Under the pieces are notes generated by a model that was given only the letters and a program-made list of their open reading frames with translations, ran no database searches and was not told the origin of the DNA. A stretch of 64,000 nt of DNA from Candidatus Lustribacter sp. (lineage in GTDB: Bacteria; Vulcanimicrobiota; Vulcanimicrobiia; Vulcanimicrobiales; Vulcanimicrobiaceae), in NCBI GenBank assembly GCA_965277805.1, contig OZ255842.1, positions 5,344,001 to 5,408,000 of the forward strand, written 5' to 3'. Both the position numbers and the translations under genes were made by a program. This document shows, piece after piece, positions 58,311 to 64,000 of this stretch. Each line of letters begins with the position of its first letter. Position 1 is the first letter of the stretch.

Positions 58311-59789
58311 CTAGAACGGGTAGGGGTGACCGTGCGCGCGGATCGTCATCCAGCGCCAGGTTGTGAACTCCTCGACGTTCGAGACCGAACCGAACCGGCC
58401 GCCGTTGCCCGATGCGCCGGTACCGCCGAACGGAATGCGCGGATCGTCATTGATCGTTTGATCGTTGATGTGTACGAGTCCGGTATTCAAGCGCTCGGCC
58501 ATCTTCATCGCGCGATCGACGTTGTTGGAATAGATCGCCGCCGAAAGACCGTACTCGGTGCGGTTTGCCAATTCGATCGCTTCTTCGTCGTCCTTGAAGA
58601 TCGTGATCGGCGCGACCGGCCCGAAGATCTCGTCGGTGAACGCAGCCATGTCGGGCGTGACGCCGGTAAGTACGGTCGGCCGGTAGAAGCGGCCTTCGTG
58701 CGTGCCGCCGGTTGACGCTTTGGCACCTGCGGCCAGCGTGCGATCGACGATGCCGGTGACACGTTGGAGTTGCTGGTCGTTGATGAGCGGCCCGAGATGC
58801 ACTTGTTCGGTCGCCGGATTGCCGATGCCGAGTTTGGCCGTGCGCTCGGTGAGTTTCGCCGTGTAGGCTGCGGCGATTTTCTCGTGCACGAGGTGACGGC
58901 TCGACGCCATGCAGATCTGTCCTTGGAAGAAGAACGAGCCGAACGCGCCGGCCGACGTCGCGAGTTCGAGATCCGCGTCGTCTAGCACGATGAACGGTGA
59001 GTTGCCGCCGAGTTCGAGCGCGACGCGTTTGAGGGTGCGCCCGGCCGCTTCGCCGACGAGCCGGCCGACTTGCGTCGAGCCGGTGAAGCTGATCATGTTG
59101 ATGTTCGGGTCGGTGCACAGCGCGGCACCCGGTTCGGCATCACCCGGCAGTACGTGCAACACGCCCTCGGGCAGTCCGGCCGCTTTCAGCGCGGCGAGGA
59201 TGACGAAGCCGCCCGAGACCGGCGTTTGCACGTCGGGCTTCAGCACGACCGTGCAACCGAGAGCCAGCGCCGGCGCGACCGAACGCATCGAGAGGATCAG
59301 CGGCGCATTCCACGGCGAGATCACGCCGACGACGCCGATCGGCACGCGCACGGCGACGCTTTCGACTTCGTCGGTCTTCTCGATCACGCGGCGCTCGCCG
59401 ACGTGCTCGGCCAAACCGGCAGCTTCGCGCAGTTCACCGACCGCGACGCTCACTTCGAAGTCGCCCTTGGGACGAATACCGCCCGTTTCGCGCACGTCGA
59501 AATTCGCGACCTCGTCGTGCGCGGCTTCGAGCAGATCGGCCGCCTTGCGCAGGATCTCCGCGCGCTTCGCAGCGGGCAGTGCAGCCCAGGCCGGCTGCGC
59601 CGCTTTCGCGCGCTTCGCGGCATCGGCGATGTCGGCTTTGTTGGCGACGCCCGTGCGGCCGATCGAGGCCCCGGTCGATTTGTCGGTGACGTCGGTGGTG
59701 CCGCCGGCCGCGTCGCGCCAGCCGTTGCTGTAGATCTTGCCCTGCCACGCGGCGGGGTCGAGCAGGGGGTGTACGCGTTCCTCGATCAT
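58311..59789 (-). CDS. Aromatic (benzaldehyde-type) aldehyde dehydrogenase
   Basis: ISPWNAP, SFTGST, LELGGNSP, QGQICM, EIFGPV, PFGG.G.SG.GGRFG; SD GGAGG. Confidence 0.9.
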   Translation of the reverse strand: MIEERVHPLLDPAAWQGKIYSNGWRDAAGGTTDVTDKSTGASIGRTGVANKADIADAAKRAKAAQPAWAALPAAKRAEILRKAADLLEAAHDEVANFDVRETGGIRPKGDFEVSVAVGELREAAGLAEHVGERRVIEKTDEVESVAVRVPIGVVGVISPWNAPLILSMRSVAPALALGCTVVLKPDVQTPVSGGFVILAALKAAGLPEGVLHVLPGDAEPGAALCTDPNINMISFTGSTQVGRLVGEAAGRTLKRVALELGGNSPFIVLDDADLELATSAGAFGSFFFQGQICMASSRHLVHEKIAAAYTAKLTERTAKLGIGNPATEQVHLGPLINDQQLQRVTGIVDRTLAAGAKASTGGTHEGRFYRPTVLTGVTPDMAAFTDEIFGPVAPITIFKDDEEAIELANRTEYGLSAAIYSNNVDRAMKMAERLNTGLVHINDQTINDDPRIPFGGTGASGNGGRFGSVSNVEEFTTWRWMTIRAHGHPYPF

Positions 59790-59880
59790 CGGGCTGCCTC
59801 CGGAGCATCTGAGATGGGGCTACGCGCCTTCTCCAGCGCCGCGGCAAGCCCATTCGGGCCCGGACGCCGAAGGGGCCGGA

Positions 59881-61488
59881 ATGACGATGACGGTGGAAGC
59901 GCTGCCACAAACCGCCCCGGTCCGCGAGGTCACGATGAACCTCTTGCGCGATCTCGGGATGACGACGATGTTCGGCAATCCCGGCTCGACCGAGCTGCGG
60001 TTCCTCAAGGATTGGCCCGAAGACTTCACCTACGTGATGGGCCTGCACGAGGGCGCGTCGGTCGCAATGGCCGACGCCTTCGCGCAAGTGAGGGGCAATG
60101 CGGCGTTCGTCAGCTTGCACTCGGCGGGCGGCCTCGGCAACGCAATGGGCACGCTCTACACGGCGTTTCGTAACAACGCGCCGCTCGTGATCATGGCGGG
60201 TCAGCAAACGCGCGCGATGCTCGGCATGGATCCGTTTTTGTTCGCCCAAGATGCGGCATCGTTTCCGAGACCGTACGTGAAGTGGAGCGTCGAGCCGGCG
60301 CGCGCGCAAGACGTTCCGGCCGCGATCGCGCGGGCGTACTACATGGCGATGCAGCGGCCGTGGGGTCCGACGTTCGTCTCGGTGCCGGAAGACGATTGGG
60401 ATGCGCTAGCGCCGCTCTTGGCCGTGCGCAAGATCTACGCCGACTTCGTCGCCGATCCGGCCGCGCTCGACGCGCTCGCCGCGGCGTTCGCTGCGAGCAG
60501 CGCGCCCGCGATCGTTGTCGGTTCCGGTGTCGATCGCGACGGTGCAGCGGCGCTTGCCGTGCAGTTGGCCGAGCGCACGGGCGCGCATGTATACTCGAGT
60601 GCGCTCGCGGGACGTGCGAGTTTTCCGGAAACGCATCCGCAGTTCGTCTGCGCCTTGCCGCGCATTCGCACGGGCGTGGTGGAACGCTTGCGCGCACACG
60701 ATCTCGTGGTCGTGCTCGGTGCGCCGGTGTTCAACTACCACATCCATGCGGAAGGGCCGTTCATCGAGCCCGAGACGACGCTGTTCCAACTCACTGACGA
60801 TTCGAACGCTGCCGCGTGGGCCGTGACCGGAACGGCGATCATCACCAGCCTGCGGCACGGACTCGAAGCGCTGCTGCCGCGCTTGAAGACGCGGGCTGCA
60901 GCGCCGGTCGCATCTGCGCACGCGCGGGAGAAGCTGCCGGTCCAAGATCCGATCACGATTGCGTTCATCTTGCAGTCGCTCGGCGCCACGATGCCCGAGG
61001 GCGCGATCATCGCGGAAGAAGCGCCCTCAACGCATCCCGTGCTGCACGATTATTTGCCGATGCGTCCCGGCGGCCACTTCACTGCCGCCAGCGGCAGCCT
61101 CGGCTACGGTTTACCGGCCGCGATCGGCGTTGCGCTCGCGGCGCCCGGGAAACGCGTCGTCGCGATCATCGGCGATGGGTCGGCACATTATGGTATCGCC
61201 GGGATATGGACGGCGGTCGAACACAACCTGCCGATCACGTTCGTGATCGTCAACAACGGCGGCTACGGTGCGATGAAAGACTTTAGCGCGCTCTTCAAGT
61301 CGACGCGCTCGCCGAGCTTCGACATCGGCCACGTCGACTTCGTCGCTCTCGCCAAGGGCTTTGGCTGCGAAGGCAGCCGCGTCGAACGCGCCGCCGATCT
61401 GATCCCGGCCCTGACGGAAGCGCACCGTCACTCTGGCCCAATCCTGATCGATGTCGCGGTGGAATCGAAGGTCGCGAAGCTGTTTTAA
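59881..61488 (+). CDS. mdlC: Benzoylformate decarboxylase (ThDP-dependent)
   Basis: FGNPGSTEL.FL.DWPEDF.YV.GL.E, LHSAGGLGNAMG, AGQQTRAM, FNYH, GDGS...NNGGYG. Confidence 0.87.
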   Translation: MTMTVEALPQTAPVREVTMNLLRDLGMTTMFGNPGSTELRFLKDWPEDFTYVMGLHEGASVAMADAFAQVRGNAAFVSLHSAGGLGNAMGTLYTAFRNNAPLVIMAGQQTRAMLGMDPFLFAQDAASFPRPYVKWSVEPARAQDVPAAIARAYYMAMQRPWGPTFVSVPEDDWDALAPLLAVRKIYADFVADPAALDALAAAFAASSAPAIVVGSGVDRDGAAALAVQLAERTGAHVYSSALAGRASFPETHPQFVCALPRIRTGVVERLRAHDLVVVLGAPVFNYHIHAEGPFIEPETTLFQLTDDSNAAAWAVTGTAIITSLRHGLEALLPRLKTRAAAPVASAHAREKLPVQDPITIAFILQSLGATMPEGAIIAEEAPSTHPVLHDYLPMRPGGHFTAASGSLGYGLPAAIGVALAAPGKRVVAIIGDGSAHYGIAGIWTAVEHNLPITFVIVNNGGYGAMKDFSALFKSTRSPSFDIGHVDFVALAKGFGCEGSRVERAADLIPALTEAHRHSGPILIDVAVESKVAKLF

Positions 61489-61524
61489 CTTACCGCGACT
61501 GAAGTCGCATCTACGCTACAAAGT

Positions 61525-61554
61525 AAGAGCACGCTGAAAATAGCGTGCTCTTTC
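61525..61554 (+). terminator. Intrinsic terminator after mdlC
   Basis: AAGAGCACGCT-GAAAAT-AGCGTGCTCTT 11-bp stem with a short T run. Confidence 0.65.
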
Positions 61555-61659
61555 ACATTGCGCTGTCATCTAACCCAAGGGCCGGCGACGTACTAGATTC
61601 AGTAACACACTTGCGGCCGGCTCGGGCCAAACATCACGAGCAGAAAGAACGGTAATAAC

Positions 61660-61905
61660 GTGAACATCAAGCTCGCAGCGGCAACCCTCGGCGCCGCGCT
61701 CATCCTCGCGGGGTCGCCGGCCTTTGCCGCCGACGTGCCATCGGCGTCGGCCCAGACCGGCAGCGTTCAAGTCGCCAGCGCCAACATCTCGGACCCCAAC
61801 ACCAAGACGACGTCCGATCAGATCAATGCGGCGCAGGCCTACGCGGCCGAGTCGCAATACCTGCGTCCCGCAATTCCGGGCAGCAACGGGGACCTTGAAG
61901 ACTAG
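61660..61905 (+). CDS. Small secreted hypothetical protein
   Basis: GTG start; clear signal peptide ending in AFA; 81 aa with GC3-rich codon use. Confidence 0.65.
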   Translation: MNIKLAAATLGAALILAGSPAFAADVPSASAQTGSVQVASANISDPNTKTTSDQINAAQAYAAESQYLRPAIPGSNGDLED

Positions 61906-61928
61906 CATCCTTGCGAGTCGCGATAAAT

Positions 61929-61965
61929 GAGGAGCAGCAGCACCGCAATGTGTCTGCTGTTTCTT
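61929..61965. terminator. Stem-loop between convergent genes
   Basis: GAGCAGCAG-CAC...GTG-T-CTGCTGTTT imperfect stem with a T-rich 3' side. Confidence 0.5.
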
Positions 61966-61969
61966 GCAT

Positions 61970-62692
61970 TTAGGGAATGAAGTACATCGGGTTTGGTAGT
62001 TTGTAGGCGCGCTCCGCGTGGCCGCCTTCGAGGTCGCTCCATTGATCGCCGATCGTTTCGAGCACCGTGTAGCCGGCGTGCTCGATCTGCGCGCGCGCCC
62101 CGCTCTTGAACGGCACGACCGAATGTTTCTTATCGCTCACCGGACGCAGATACAAGTGCGCGTAGGTGTACCCGACGTCTGCGAGATTCTTGGCCGTTAG
62201 CGCGGTCTGCGGGACGCGGCGGCCGGTGATGAAGAACACGGTGACGCCCTCGGCCTGCGCGTGCTTCGCTAATGCAAGCGTGGCTGCGATCGCGGGAAAG
62301 CCGGGCGAGACGGCATACGCGGCCCACGTTTTCGGATCGTAACCGAATTCGTACTTGAGCTCGTAGCCGACCGTGGAGAGCGCGGTGTCGTCGATGTCGA
62401 GCACGAGGGCGGGTTTCTTGACGCCGGCGGCCACCCGTTTGTCGATGTAACGCGTGGCATCGCTCTCGATGCGGCCGACCTCGGTGTCGTAGCTTCCGTT
62501 GAGGTAGTACGCCTTGATTTCATCTTCGAGCTGGCCGAGGTTTTGCAGCTGCGAGGATTCGATCGGCGCGGTGCACGCCGGTGCGGGGCACGGTCCGGGA
62601 GAAGCCGGCGGCGCCGTAACCTGTGCATTGGCCGCAGCCGGAATGAGAAGCAGGGCAGCCAGAATGGCGCCCGCGATGGTGCGTTTTTCCAT
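61970..62692 (-). CDS. Exported HAD-family acid phosphatase (class B/C)
   Basis: Signal peptide; VLDIDDT, FFITGR, FKSGAR, IGDQWSDL, KLPNPMY. Confidence 0.9.
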   Translation of the reverse strand: MEKRTIAGAILAALLLIPAAANAQVTAPPASPGPCPAPACTAPIESSQLQNLGQLEDEIKAYYLNGSYDTEVGRIESDATRYIDKRVAAGVKKPALVLDIDDTALSTVGYELKYEFGYDPKTWAAYAVSPGFPAIAATLALAKHAQAEGVTVFFITGRRVPQTALTAKNLADVGYTYAHLYLRPVSDKKHSVVPFKSGARAQIEHAGYTVLETIGDQWSDLEGGHAERAYKLPNPMYFIP

Positions 62693-62697
62693 CGACG

Positions 62698-63120
62698 CTA
62701 CTGCTCGTTGAGTAGGAAACGGACCTGCGGCCCTTTCGCGCCCGCCGGTTGGGCGACGACGACGACGTTTTCCGGGGTGACCGTCCAGATCGTGAGTTTG
62801 ATCGACGCCATCCCCTTGACGCTCTGAACGTCGTAGGCGCTGCCGTCGACGCGCGCCACCGTGTCCGGCTGATCGGACGGCGGAAATTCGCAGCCTCGTG
62901 TGATGCAGCGGAAGCGCACCTTGACCTTGGCCGGCGAAACGTTCACCACGAGCGCGGCGTTGAAGTCCACCTCATAACGGTCTGCGCGCGCGGCAACCCA
63001 GGCGCGCGCGGTCTGCGGTGTGCCCGATTTGATCGTCAGGCGCGGCGTGTCTTTGCCGGATGCGGGGGCGAGCGAGAGGCCGGCGAGGATGAGTCCCGGC
63101 AACCACACGCGTGCGTTCAT
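62698..63120 (-). CDS. Exported hypothetical protein
   Basis: ATG after GAAGG; signal peptide; beta-strand-rich with one Cys pair; ends 5 bp before the phosphatase start. Confidence 0.55.
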   Translation of the reverse strand: MNARVWLPGLILAGLSLAPASGKDTPRLTIKSGTPQTARAWVAARADRYEVDFNAALVVNVSPAKVKVRFRCITRGCEFPPSDQPDTVARVDGSAYDVQSVKGMASIKLTIWTVTPENVVVVAQPAGAKGPQVRFLLNEQ

Positions 63121-63198
63121 CCGGCCGCCTTCTCCGCGCGGGCATACGGGCCCCATCCGGCAGGGATTCATCCCGCAGGTGGGCGAGCACTCACAGCG

Positions 63199-64000
63199 AT
63201 GTTGACGATCGAAGGGCTGATCGACGACCGTCCGGCCGACGGCGTCTTCCGGGTGCACCGCGACGTGTTTACCGACGAGCAGATCTTCGCGCTCGAGCAG
63301 CAGTACATTTTCGAGAAGACGTGGGTGTTTCTCGGCCTCGAATCGCAAGCGCCGAACCCCCACGATTTCTTCACCACCTTCGCCGGCCGCTATCCCCTGG
63401 TGGTGATGCGCGGCGGCGACGGTCAATTGCGTTGCGTGGTCAACAGCTGCCGCCACAAAGGCGCGCTCTTATGCCGCACGCAGAGCGGCAACAAGCAAGT
63501 GCATACGTGTCCGTACCATTCTTGGGCGTATGACAGCACCGGCAAGAACGTCGGCATCAAGGCGCGCGCGATCGGGGCCTACGGTTCGGGCTTCGATGAC
63601 GAAGACCACAACCTGCGTCCAGTCGCGCACTTCGAGTCCTACCGCGGCTTTCTTTTCGCCAGCATCAATCCGGAGGTGCCGTCACTGCGCGAGCATCTCG
63701 GCGACGCGGCAACGTTCATCGATCTCGTCATCGACCAGTCCCCGGCCGGCGTCGAGACGATTCCGGGCGACGTGACCTACGTTTACGACGGCAATTGGAA
63801 ACTGCAGATGGAGAACTGCGGCGACGGCTATCACTTCACGTCGGCGCACGCGTCGTACCTGAAACTGATCGAGAAGCGCGACGCCGAGAGCAAGGATCCC
63901 GGGCAATGGCGCGTGGGCCGGCTCGCGCCCGATCAGGCGGCGACGACCGATCGCAGCCACGGTTCGTTCGCGTTTCGCGGCGGTCACAGCGTGCTGTGGT
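63199..64000 (+). CDS. Ring-hydroxylating dioxygenase alpha subunit (benzoate/anthranilate-like), 3'-truncated; absent from the ORF track
   Basis: Hand translation: FRVHRDVFTD..IF.LE..IFEKTW, NSCRHKG, CPYHSWAY, GNWKLQ.EN..DGYH...AHASY. Confidence 0.9.
   Translation, partial: MLTIEGLIDDRPADGVFRVHRDVFTDEQIFALEQQYIFEKTWVFLGLESQAPNPHDFFTTFAGRYPLVVMRGGDGQLRCVVNSCRHKGALLCRTQSGNKQVHTCPYHSWAYDSTGKNVGIKARAIGAYGSGFDDEDHNLRPVAHFESYRGFLFASINPEVPSLREHLGDAATFIDLVIDQSPAGVETIPGDVTYVYDGNWKLQMENCGDGYHFTSAHASYLKLIEKRDAESKDPGQWRVGRLAPDQAATTDRSHGSFAFRGGHSVLW

Noticed and set aside
59953-59963. CTCGGGATGAC match to the REP terminus inside mdlC
   Set aside because: An 11-nt chance match in coding sequence (LGMT) with no partner arm.

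Overview
A GC-rich, densely coding bacterial chromosomal segment of about 57 CDSs; the two at the window edges are truncated. The gene mix (WXXGXW protein, exported M16 peptidase, alpha2-type glyQS, many apparently leaderless genes) suggests a soil terrabacterial lineage such as Eremiobacterota, but that is inference only. Housekeeping genes: prfB with its programmed +1 frameshift, udg, rlmN, glyQS, an argF-R-H-C-J-D operon with an ARG box, a separate argB, ppdK and a sulfite reductase. Interspersed aromatic-catabolism and transport genes: two Rieske oxygenases, pobA, a 3-hydroxybenzoate 6-hydroxylase-like enzyme, mdlC with an aldehyde dehydrogenase, an IclR islet, and ABC and MFS systems. No tRNA, rRNA, CRISPR array, transposase or phage gene was seen. 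The most notable signals are: (1) a four-gene methyltransferase / FAD-oxidoreductase / SRPBCC cyclase / FabF-type ketosynthase operon with no ACP or chain-length factor, whose cyclase appears to start at CTG; (2) two ~190-210 bp REP-like inverted-repeat elements with a conserved foldable interior, plus one solo arm, each full copy surrounded by a mirror-image C/G strand-skew halo that reaches into the flanking genes; (3) an operator palindrome and a short upstream ORF in front of the sulfite reductase. All protein calls rest on motifs read by eye; no database search was run.
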